A stretch of DNA of 64,000 nt, taken from contig JBAYIC010000001.1 in NCBI GenBank assembly GCA_041665845.1, forward strand, positions 9,531 to 73,530, in the 5' to 3' direction. Source of the stretch: Patescibacteria group bacterium (GTDB lineage: Bacteria; Patescibacteriota; Patescibacteriia; Patescibacteriales; UBA12465). Within the stretch, counting starts at the first letter, position 1, and every line of letters starts with the position of its first letter. Both the position numbers and the translations under genes were made by a program. This document shows positions 1 to 7,454 of this stretch, piece by piece. A model generated the notes under the pieces. That model did no database searches. It worked only from the letters and a program-made list of their open reading frames with translations, and was not told the origin of the DNA.

Positions 1-119
1 AAACGCTTCTCCATTTCATTCATCACTCCGCGCGAAGAAAAAGAGCCTCCGTTTTCAATTAATATCTTGAAAGCCGTCTGCAAATATTCACCGATTCTAT
101 TGTATGAAATTTTTTTCAT
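1..119 (-). CDS. hypothetical protein, N-terminal part only (ORF runs off the window start); possibly a winged-helix Mrr_N-like N-terminus
   Basis: ATG at 119 (cat at 117-119 on + strand), 16 nt after the stop of ORF 136..588. It reads MKKISYNRIGEYLQTAFKILIENGGSFSSRGVMNEMEKR with no stop down to position 1. It is absent from the ORF track because it is truncated. The domain guess rests on loose pattern resemblance only. Confidence 0.35.
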   Translation of the reverse strand, partial: MKKISYNRIGEYLQTAFKILIENGGSFSSRGVMNEMEKR

Positions 120-135
120 ATTTTTAAATTGTTTA

Positions 136-588
136 TTAAAAGCATATTCCCAAAGAAGAGCATTTATCAAATATACCTAGCATAGAAAGTAAATAAATTA
201 TTATAAAAACTAATGAAAATACGCCCCATAGCCCATAGTGTTCTTTTTTCACTTTTTTCATTAATAATCTAACTAATAAAACTAACGCAATTGTAAAACA
301 CCCAATAATACCGATAGCAATAGTGACTCCTCTCCAAAATTGGAATGACACACTAGAAGCTTGTAATAGCCAAGTAAAACCTCTCCAAAACAAAAAAATC
401 ATTAGAAAAGTTCTAATGATAAACCCTAAAATACATAGCAATTCAAACTTTAACAGTCTCCATGGAAATAAATTCTTTTTACTATTAGATAAATTAGTAA
501 TTTTACTTTCTTTGTCTATTTTTGCGCCTAAAATCTGATATCCAATCCCTTCCTCTTCTAATGTTTTATCAATTATTTTAGCGTTCAT
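136..588 (-). CDS. multi-pass membrane protein, unknown family (distal gene of the R-M operon)
   Basis: 150-aa ORF starting 4 nt after the endonuclease stop. A polar ~45-aa N-terminus is followed by 3-4 hydrophobic helices. The motif FWRGxT is duplicated (LFWRGFT, QFWRGVT). Confidence 0.5.
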   Translation of the reverse strand: MNAKIIDKTLEEEGIGYQILGAKIDKESKITNLSNSKKNLFPWRLLKFELLCILGFIIRTFLMIFLFWRGFTWLLQASSVSFQFWRGVTIAIGIIGCFTIALVLLVRLLMKKVKKEHYGLWGVFSLVFIIIYLLSMLGIFDKCSSLGICF

Positions 589-592
589 ATTT

Positions 593-1510
593 TTAAATCA
601 AACTATTTAACACCCCTTTCTCAATCATATCTAAACTAAAAATATAATCGTTGTGATTAAAGGTTTCTCTAAGCGGTCGAGAAGTACCAACCCAGCCCTT
701 GCCATCAGTGATCCAAACAAATTTGTACTGGCCGTTTAAAACATTGAATAAATCCCTATATTCACCGGCTGTTGATTTTAACTTTGAACCACCACCGCCA
801 TAAAAATTTGTTTCAAAAATTACTATATCTTTACCGGTGTTTATAACATAATCATAACGTCTAGATGATTTATCTACCGGCACGTCAAACCCCCATTCGC
901 TTTTTATTTTTTCCGATGTCGCCTCCTTTAAGTATTTAAAACCTTTAGTTTTACAAATATCGGCTATAAAGAAACCAACAATATCTTCCATAGAATGACC
1001 GCCTCTATTTTTACGGCCATTGCTATCAAGCCCGGCCTCTACGCCGATCATATAATCAACAAGATTTTTTATTTTTTGAGAAATAATTAAATCTTTAAGA
1101 CCAGTTTCTTTTACAAATAATAAATACTTTTCAATATCTTCATCTGTTACTGCCTCTTTAGAAAAATCATAGTCTTCATAAACTAGCTTTTTCTTTTTAT
1201 AATCAACTAGAATTTTAAACTTATTTGTATTACCACCATCTCTAACAACTAAGGCTGGAATAACTTTAATAATCTCTGGGTTTTGTTTAACTAAAAACTT
1301 AAACTCTTTATCAAAATCTTCTTTACCAATTAAATAATTAAGATTATTTAAAGCAATTTCAATTTTTCTGGTGTTTGTAAAAACTTTTTCCCAATTTACA
1401 AAATAAGACCAAAGCATATTGCTTGGCTTGAGATTATTTAAAAAATAATCAAATACCTGGTCCTCATTTTTACATCCCAAAACTTCATTATAAAATTTAA
1501 GTGACTTCAT
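593..1510 (-). CDS. type II restriction endonuclease, DpnII/MboI family (predicted GATC specificity)
   Basis: 305 aa. The blocks WSYFVNWEKVF, VDYMIGVEAGLDSNGRKNRGGHSMEDIV, ETNFYGGGGSKLKSTAGEY and FVWITDGKGW...LRETF match the DpnII/MboI family as I recall it. ATGA start/stop overlap with the upstream ORF. Confidence 0.78.
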   Translation of the reverse strand: MKSLKFYNEVLGCKNEDQVFDYFLNNLKPSNMLWSYFVNWEKVFTNTRKIEIALNNLNYLIGKEDFDKEFKFLVKQNPEIIKVIPALVVRDGGNTNKFKILVDYKKKKLVYEDYDFSKEAVTDEDIEKYLLFVKETGLKDLIISQKIKNLVDYMIGVEAGLDSNGRKNRGGHSMEDIVGFFIADICKTKGFKYLKEATSEKIKSEWGFDVPVDKSSRRYDYVINTGKDIVIFETNFYGGGGSKLKSTAGEYRDLFNVLNGQYKFVWITDGKGWVGTSRPLRETFNHNDYIFSLDMIEKGVLNSLI

Positions 1511-3168
1511 ATAATTTTACCTGTTTTTAAAATATTTATAAAAATATAATAAACATCAGACGCAATATCTTCGGTTCTTCTTTTCATAGCTTTTTTATAA
1601 TTCTTATCAAAATCATATTTTAGAATTAACTGATGTTCTTTGTATGGGCTTTTTTTATAAATACTAATTTTATCTTTAAACTTTGTTGGTAATTTAGAAT
1701 TTTCACTAAGCTCAAAAATAGTCAAGTTGCCAATTTCATGGATACAATCATCATCTCCATCACTTTGGCTTATGATATGCTCTATAGTGGGCTCCTTAAA
1801 CGATTTAGCGCCCCCTTTTGAAAAAACATATCTTTCTAGAATAAATTGTACGTCCCCACTTTTAGATTCTTTATAAATACTTTTTCTTGAAAAATTTTCC
1901 ACAAATTCATCGTGTCCATTCTTTACTAAACTATGCAATTCCTGAAAAAGTGTATTCACATTTTTAGATTTTGTAGCAAAACCAGCAAATATTTTTTCAG
2001 CGGAGCTTGGACTTCCTGGAACATACTTATATAGAAACTGAAAAGCGGCTAATCTATTAAGAAATTTTTTAAAATTTTCCTTACTTTCATTTTTATAAAA
2101 AAATAATACCGGGGCGTATATCTGATCTACATTTAAAAAAGAAAGGAATTCAAGAATTTCTTTAACAGACTTTATATCAAATCTTTTCCACTTTTGTATT
2201 TTGCCTAAAGACTCAACATTGGAATTTCTTATTGACACATAAATAATTGCGTCTTCTGCAAGTTCGTTAGAGTAACTTAATGAAGTAATTATTTTATTTT
2301 TACACTTATCTTCGACGTCAGAATACAGACCCGAATGACTTATGTAGTATCCCTTACTTATCCAATGATGTCGCAAAAATGTTTTAAAAAGAGCCCTGTT
2401 GTCCGCAAATATATCTTCCAATTTTTGCCAGTTGTTTTCAACTTTTGGTAATAAAGATTTATCTTTTGAAGCATTTTTAAAAAGGAAATTTTTAATTAAA
2501 TCAACGCTAGCTAGAGACATTCCGGTGGCATTGATACTTTCAAATAATTCATAGGCGATCGAATTATTTGTGCAACTTATGGCAATAACCTTTAGCGTTT
2601 TTATCTTATTTAAAAAATTTGTTATTCCTGAATCAATATTTTTACTAAATTTCTTGGTTAATTCTTTATAAATATAATTATAATTATCCAACATTCTTTT
2701 TTGTGTTTCTGTCTCGGAGGGGCCACATTCTCCTTTTAATAATTTTATATAGAAGCTATTCGTTCTTTTATCATAAAATTCTATCCTTGGACTCTTTTTC
2801 AAATCATATGAATCTACAAATTCTAAAAAGCTACTAACTTCACGTAAAATACTATCCAATTTTGTTTCCTTTTTATATTTTATTATAAAATCTCTTATTG
2901 CTATTAAAATTAACGATATAGTTATCATTCGCTGTTGTCCGTCAATAATCTCATCTCTGCCAACGGTCCCATTTGATGACAAAACAAAAACCAAACTACC
3001 AATAAAATAATAATCATTACTAGTTAAAATATCCTCAATAAACTTTTTTACTTGTTTTTTGTCTGTCCAAACATATGGTCTTTGCAATGTTGGTATCAAA
3101 TGTTTTGTTGATACCTTATCTATAATTGAAGAGTATAAATATGATCCAGCGTATATATCATTATTCAT
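1507..3168 (-). CDS. DUF262/DUF1524 protein (GmrSD-like, type IV restriction-like NTPase + His-Me finger nuclease)
   Basis: 553 aa. The N-terminal DUF262 signature is IPTLQRPYVWT ... IIDGQQRMITISLIL. The C-terminal DUF1524/HNH-like signature is TIEHIISQS ... IGNLTIFELSENSK. Confidence 0.8.
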   Translation of the reverse strand: MNNDIYAGSYLYSSIIDKVSTKHLIPTLQRPYVWTDKKQVKKFIEDILTSNDYYFIGSLVFVLSSNGTVGRDEIIDGQQRMITISLILIAIRDFIIKYKKETKLDSILREVSSFLEFVDSYDLKKSPRIEFYDKRTNSFYIKLLKGECGPSETETQKRMLDNYNYIYKELTKKFSKNIDSGITNFLNKIKTLKVIAISCTNNSIAYELFESINATGMSLASVDLIKNFLFKNASKDKSLLPKVENNWQKLEDIFADNRALFKTFLRHHWISKGYYISHSGLYSDVEDKCKNKIITSLSYSNELAEDAIIYVSIRNSNVESLGKIQKWKRFDIKSVKEILEFLSFLNVDQIYAPVLFFYKNESKENFKKFLNRLAAFQFLYKYVPGSPSSAEKIFAGFATKSKNVNTLFQELHSLVKNGHDEFVENFSRKSIYKESKSGDVQFILERYVFSKGGAKSFKEPTIEHIISQSDGDDDCIHEIGNLTIFELSENSKLPTKFKDKISIYKKSPYKEHQLILKYDFDKNYKKAMKRRTEDIASDVYYIFINILKTGKII

Positions 3169-3185
3169 AAAATTTAGAGTTAAAG

Positions 3186-4058
3186 TTATAAATTACGATT
3201 ATTATTTAAATCCCTATATCTCTTAATCGATAATTCCAGATATTTCTTCTCTAAATCAATACCAATAAATTTTCTATCATTGAGAGCGCAAGCTAAGCCA
3301 GTCGTTGAAGAACCAGTAAACGGATCAATGACTAAATCACCTTTATTAGTACTTGCCATAACAATACGAACCAATAGATCTATTGGCTTTTGGGTCGGGT
3401 GTTTGCCGAACTTCTTTTCGGTAGGCTTGGGCGTTCCCATAGACCAAACACTGCGCATTTGTAAGTTGGGCTTTTTCAAAAAATCTTCCGGCCAATTACC
3501 ATTCTTCATTAAATCATAATTGAATTTATGTTTAGTGGTTATTTGTTTTCCGGTTTTAGGGTGGACTAATTCTTTTCTCGCCCAGATTAAAGTTTCATGA
3601 CTGGCAGTAAAAAAGCGACAGCTTAAATTTGGCGAGGCATTCGGCTTAAACCACGCAATATCATTTAGGATGTGAAATTTGCTAACCTGGAGAGCAAATC
3701 CACATTGGTAAATAGAGTGATAGGTGCCAGAAATCCAGATCGTACCACCCGGTTTTAAAACTCTATGGCAAGCCTTAATCCAAGCTAACTGAAATTCAAA
3801 GTCTTTCTTTAAGCCATTACTGACGTCCCACTCACCCTTATTAACGCTGACCATACGGCCGGCGTGAACGGAAAAACCGCCGTTAGACAATAAGTAAGGC
3901 GGATCGGCAAATATCATATCAACCGAATTCTCCGGTAGAGTAGCTAAAAATTCCAAGCTATTGGCTTGGTATAATTTGAAGTCTTTATCTTTAAAAAATG
4001 GATCTAGCATTTTTTTGCTTTTTTTCTTAGTTTTTATAGCTTTTTTTAAGGTAGTCAT
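3186..4058 (-). CDS. DNA methyltransferase, beta-class N6-adenine/N4-cytosine (N6_N4_Mtase family), probable cognate GATC methylase
   Basis: 290 aa. Motif IV (DMIFADPPY) precedes motif I (VIDPFTGSSTTG), which is the beta-class order; HPTQKP is also present. The true start may be M17 (ATG at 4010). Confidence 0.85.
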   Translation of the reverse strand: MTTLKKAIKTKKKSKKMLDPFFKDKDFKLYQANSLEFLATLPENSVDMIFADPPYLLSNGGFSVHAGRMVSVNKGEWDVSNGLKKDFEFQLAWIKACHRVLKPGGTIWISGTYHSIYQCGFALQVSKFHILNDIAWFKPNASPNLSCRFFTASHETLIWARKELVHPKTGKQITTKHKFNYDLMKNGNWPEDFLKKPNLQMRSVWSMGTPKPTEKKFGKHPTQKPIDLLVRIVMASTNKGDLVIDPFTGSSTTGLACALNDRKFIGIDLEKKYLELSIKRYRDLNNNRNL

Positions 4059-4109
4059 ATTATAGCAAAGTGGATATAAAGAAAAGATAAAGTCTTATTC
4101 TCTGGCCTA

Positions 4110-4138
4110 ATTTTACGAGTTTTAGAGGAAAAAGTCAA
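4110..4138 (-). promoter_or_regulatory. putative sigma-70 promoter of the methylase-GmrSD-endonuclease operon
   Basis: On the minus strand it reads TTGACT (4138-4133), a 17-nt spacer, then TAAAAT (4115-4110). It lies about 50 nt upstream of the methylase ATG. Confidence 0.4.
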
Positions 4139-4179
4139 AGAACGGATATTTAATCAGAACCACATTTTAACTTATTTTA

Positions 4180-5577
4180 TTATCTATTCAAATTGTAAAA
4201 TTTTTTTGCCATTTCAATACTTAATAGTATATTTTTTATTGGCTTCTTAATACTTTTATAAAATCCCAATATATTATAAAGTCTATCTGAATATAAACAA
4301 TCACTAATCTCTTGATCGAGTAAACTTATGAATTTTTCTTTTTCTGCTTGATCTAAAATTGAATATATTTTTTTAAACTCAGTGGGCTTTAAAGGAGTTT
4401 TATATAAAAAATCATCTGAGATTATTAAGCCTTTTAGTCTGTTAACCGCAGGTGGGATATCAGACATTTCTCCTATAACATTTATAATTCTTTTTAGTAA
4501 ACTTAAGCCTTGTTTTCTTAATTCATGTCCGTGCGTTAAATAAAAAATAATTTGTTCATTGACAACTTTAGTATTTATTGATTTTCCATTTTTACATAAA
4601 ACAAGAAAATTTTCAAAACAAAAATATTTTTTAAACTGTTCAGTTTCCATTATATTTACTTTTTTCTGATTAAAATTTAATCCTTCACGCATAAGGAGGC
4701 TTGAGGCTTTAGAAATTATTCTTAACGCGTCTTTTTTGTTTAGCGTAAATATGATCTGATCATCAGCATATCTAAAATACATAGCGCCTTTTTTAACACA
4801 ATATCTAGCTATATTTTTATCATATTCTTGCAAATAAAAATTTGCTATAATCCGCGAACATTCTCCAAAAGTATCTTGCGGAATACCTGCGCCCTGCTGC
4901 CGATAGAAATTAATGTGTCTATTCCAGAAACGCAAAAAATGCATTAATAAATATACTATTTCGTTATCTTTATTTTTTATATATTTTCGGAGTTTGAATT
5001 CTAAATTATCTAGTTGAATGGAGTCATAAAAATTAGATATATCGAGTTCAGTTGCATAACCATATTTTACATTAGCACAATTAAAATAAAGTTTTTTGCT
5101 AAAATCATTCCATTCCGCAAACCATGCATTCGGATTTAAATTAGAAACAGAATAGCCGTCATCAGTAAAAACGAATTTATCATTATCAAATTCTACTATT
5201 TCATAGCTATCTTTTATTTCTTTAATTTCATCTTCTTCGAGCCTTCTTAATTTTCCTCTTAAACCGAAGCCCCCATAGGTGCCCGGTGTATGATTTATTG
5301 CTATATATTTTTCTAATCTTCTGACACAATAATAGTAAACGCAAAGATCATCTAGGCGAAATGATGGCACAATACGAACAACACCATTTCCTTTATTAAT
5401 TGTTATATATTCTTCCGGAGGTTTTGGATAATAATTTCTTGAGCTAATTTTACCAAAAACTTCCTCTAAAAAGGCTTTTTTATTAGCGACCTTTTTATAA
5501 GGCACAGACGATTGCTTGTTAACCCACTGCCAAAATTTTTGCTCTGAGCATACTTTAATAAAATCTGATTTAATCAT
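4180..5577 (-). CDS. reverse transcriptase, stand-alone UG/Abi-like (defence-type) with helical C-terminal domain
   Basis: 465 aa. RT motifs present: YPKPPEEYITINKGNGVVRIVPSFRLDDLCVYY (1-2), ELDISNFYDSI (A), GIPQDTFGECSRIIANFYL (B), FRYADDQIIF (C), GLNFNQKKVNI. I see no maturase X, En, Cas1 or retron VTG signatures. Confidence 0.85.
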   Translation of the reverse strand: MIKSDFIKVCSEQKFWQWVNKQSSVPYKKVANKKAFLEEVFGKISSRNYYPKPPEEYITINKGNGVVRIVPSFRLDDLCVYYYCVRRLEKYIAINHTPGTYGGFGLRGKLRRLEEDEIKEIKDSYEIVEFDNDKFVFTDDGYSVSNLNPNAWFAEWNDFSKKLYFNCANVKYGYATELDISNFYDSIQLDNLEFKLRKYIKNKDNEIVYLLMHFLRFWNRHINFYRQQGAGIPQDTFGECSRIIANFYLQEYDKNIARYCVKKGAMYFRYADDQIIFTLNKKDALRIISKASSLLMREGLNFNQKKVNIMETEQFKKYFCFENFLVLCKNGKSINTKVVNEQIIFYLTHGHELRKQGLSLLKRIINVIGEMSDIPPAVNRLKGLIISDDFLYKTPLKPTEFKKIYSILDQAEKEKFISLLDQEISDCLYSDRLYNILGFYKSIKKPIKNILLSIEMAKKFYNLNR

Positions 5578-5672
5578 ACTTTATATTTTACAGTAACAGC
5601 TATAGCAGCTTTAAACTCTATTTATTTATTTATAATAAAAACGTAAATAAAATAAACTTATCAACAATATTA

Positions 5673-6821
5673 TTATCTTAAAACATTATCTTCGTCAAAA
5701 GATAACGTTTTTGGCATAGAAATTTCTTTCATGCATTGTAAGGCATAATCATCGGTCATTCCTGATATATAGTCAACTAACAATGCTGTTGGCATATCTT
5801 GCTCTTCCTTATAAACGTCTTCATTTTTTTCTAAAAAACCACCAAAAGATTTTGCCACGCCACCTAATCCTTCATAGCAATCATAATCATTTTTATACTT
5901 TTTATATAATTCAAATAGGTGATCATACAAAGCCGAGATCATCTTATTAACGTGTTTTTTATACTTAGAAAGTGTGGCATGAAAGTATATAAATTTATAA
6001 TTAAAGTCCATCAGTTCTTTTAGTGCTTCAAATTTTTCGTTAGAAAATTTTATTCTATCGTCACTTTTTGAATTTTTTATAATATCCACAATAAAATTAT
6101 TAATTATAGATGAATTACTAAATTTGCCATCTTCATAACTTAGTTCATTTCTTACTTTATCTGGCACATCACTCTTTAATATAAATTTTCCCTTTATAGC
6201 ATCCTCCAGATCTCTTCCGAGGTAGGCTATTTTATCTGCAAACCTTACAATACAGCCTTCATATGAAGTCGGCGTCATGCTCAATGTATTTGATTTAGAT
6301 ATAACCTCAAAATCATTTTTTTCTTTTGACGGTCTAATCTCTTGTTCTAGCTTCTCGCCATTATGAGAAATAATGCCATCTTTAACTCCATATGTTAAAT
6401 TTAATTTATAAATTTTTTCCACAATCCTATACCCCTGAATTTCGTGATGAAATTCTCTACCGGTCTTTTCTTTTAGTGCTGTCTCTCCAGCGTGTCCAAA
6501 TGGAGCGTGTCCCAAATCATGACCGAGTCCAATAGCGTAAGCCATGTCCTCATTTAATTTCCAATTATTTCCGCTCTGATTTAATCCTCTGCAAATAGTA
6601 GTTGCTATAGTAGCAACGTGTATTACATGCTCTATCCTGGTACATATATGATCGTTTTGGGGGGAGAAAAATACTTGAGTTTTTTTCTTTAATCTTCTAA
6701 ACGGCATGGAATGAATAATTTTTGTTTGATCTCTGAAAAAGACTCCCCTAGGATCCGGGTCTTCGTGATATTTGTAGCTAGTTCTCTCTTGATATGCTAT
6801 TTCATTTAAAGGATTATTCAT
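5673..6821 (-). CDS. dgt: dGTP triphosphohydrolase-like HD-domain protein
   Basis: 382 aa. It carries FFRDQTKIIHSMPFRRLKKKTQVF, the HD-domain block RIEHVIHVA ... GLGHDLGHAPFGHAGE, and a C-terminal DYISGMTDDYA, all typical of the Dgt family. Confidence 0.8.
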   Translation of the reverse strand: MNNPLNEIAYQERTSYKYHEDPDPRGVFFRDQTKIIHSMPFRRLKKKTQVFFSPQNDHICTRIEHVIHVATIATTICRGLNQSGNNWKLNEDMAYAIGLGHDLGHAPFGHAGETALKEKTGREFHHEIQGYRIVEKIYKLNLTYGVKDGIISHNGEKLEQEIRPSKEKNDFEVISKSNTLSMTPTSYEGCIVRFADKIAYLGRDLEDAIKGKFILKSDVPDKVRNELSYEDGKFSNSSIINNFIVDIIKNSKSDDRIKFSNEKFEALKELMDFNYKFIYFHATLSKYKKHVNKMISALYDHLFELYKKYKNDYDCYEGLGGVAKSFGGFLEKNEDVYKEEQDMPTALLVDYISGMTDDYALQCMKEISMPKTLSFDEDNVLR

Positions 6822-6872
6822 ATATTTATTTCGAAATTCCTTTACATCATTGGTTAATAAGGGGCTAGATTA

Positions 6873-7151
6873 TTATTTTATTACTATATTATTGGAATCT
6901 TTTTCAATAACTTCTTTCATAACACTTTTATTACCATTTCTTCTATCAATATCTTCAGCCATAAAATCTTGCGCTATAGCAATTTTTTCTAAAGCGTCAG
7001 CAATTCTACTTAAAGACTGAGTATTCTCATTAATTTTCCAATACCATAAAATCAGCTCACGGATAATCAAAAAGAATACTACTACAACGGCTAACCAAAA
7101 AAGGAAAGATACTGGGCCAGGCTCAAATAATGGATTATTAAGAATGTTCAT
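6873..7151 (-). CDS. small single-pass membrane protein, unknown function
   Basis: The track ORF is 6873..7181, but its first 10 codons overlap the terminator hairpin, so ATG 7151 (MNILNNPL...) is preferred. It has one hydrophobic helix (FLFWLAVVVVFFLII) and then a charged helical tail. Confidence 0.4.
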   Translation of the reverse strand: MNILNNPLFEPGPVSFLFWLAVVVVFFLIIRELILWYWKINENTQSLSRIADALEKIAIAQDFMAEDIDRRNGNKSVMKEVIEKDSNNIVIK

Positions 7152-7172
7152 ATTTTTAAAAATTAATAAAAT

Positions 7173-7205
7173 AAAAAACAAACGAGAGCAATCTCGTTTG
7201 TTTTT
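7173..7205 (-). terminator. rho-independent terminator downstream of tRNA-Asn (bidirectional shape)
   Basis: Stem CAAACGAGA (7179-7187) pairs with TCTCGTTTG (7192-7200) around loop GCAA. It is flanked by an A-run (7173-7178) and a T-run (7201-7205). Confidence 0.6.
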
Positions 7206-7234
7206 CTATAAGAGTTGATCCGAAACGGATCGCT

Positions 7235-7309
7235 TGGCTCCCGGGGTCGGATTCGAACCGACGACCAATTGGTTAACAGCCAACTGCGCTACCGCTGCGC
7301 TACCCGGGA
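7235..7309 (-). tRNA. tRNA-Asn (anticodon GTT), CCA encoded
   Basis: 75 nt. Acceptor stem TCCCGGG/CCCGGGA, D stem GCGC/GCGC, anticodon stem GTTGG/CCAAT with loop CTGTTAA, T arm GTCGG-TTCGAAT-CCGAC, discriminator G plus CCA. Confidence 0.9.
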
Positions 7310-7405
7310 ATATTAAATTGTTTTACGGGGCTCTATAAATAAACTCTTAAATAAGCCTCCGTTTTTACCAAAAACAAAAATGTTTAGAAAACATTTTATG
7401 TTTAT

Positions 7406-7433
7406 ATTCTAGCAAATACCCTAACTATGTCAA
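7406..7433 (-). promoter_or_regulatory. putative sigma-70 promoter upstream of tRNA-Asn
   Basis: On the minus strand it reads TTGACA (7433-7428), a 16-nt spacer, then TAGAAT (7411-7406). Confidence 0.4.
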
Positions 7434-7454
7434 TAAGCTAAAATTACGCAAATA

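Noticed and set aside
4059-4064. A perfect TATAAT sits immediately 5' of the annotated methyltransferase ATG (4058).
   Set aside because: It is too close to serve the annotated start, since transcription would begin inside the ORF. Either it is fortuitous in AT-rich DNA, or the real start is M17 (4010). The TTGACT-17-TAAAAT pair at 4110-4138 is the better promoter candidate.
4180-5672. The RT might be a retron or group II intron RT.
   Set aside because: There are no inverted a1/a2 repeats or msr/msd-like structure in the 95-nt upstream spacer. There is no VTG motif after YADD, no X/maturase or HNH domain, and no intron-like structured RNA flanking the ORF.
7217-7231. The palindrome GATCCGAAACGGATC, containing two GATC sites, lies just downstream of the tRNA-Asn 3' end. 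It was considered as an att site or an R-M-related regulatory site.
   Set aside because: It is a short 6-bp stem with no second copy seen in the window, and GATC is not otherwise avoided or clustered. It is most simply part of the tRNA 3' trailer ahead of the real terminator at 7179-7200.
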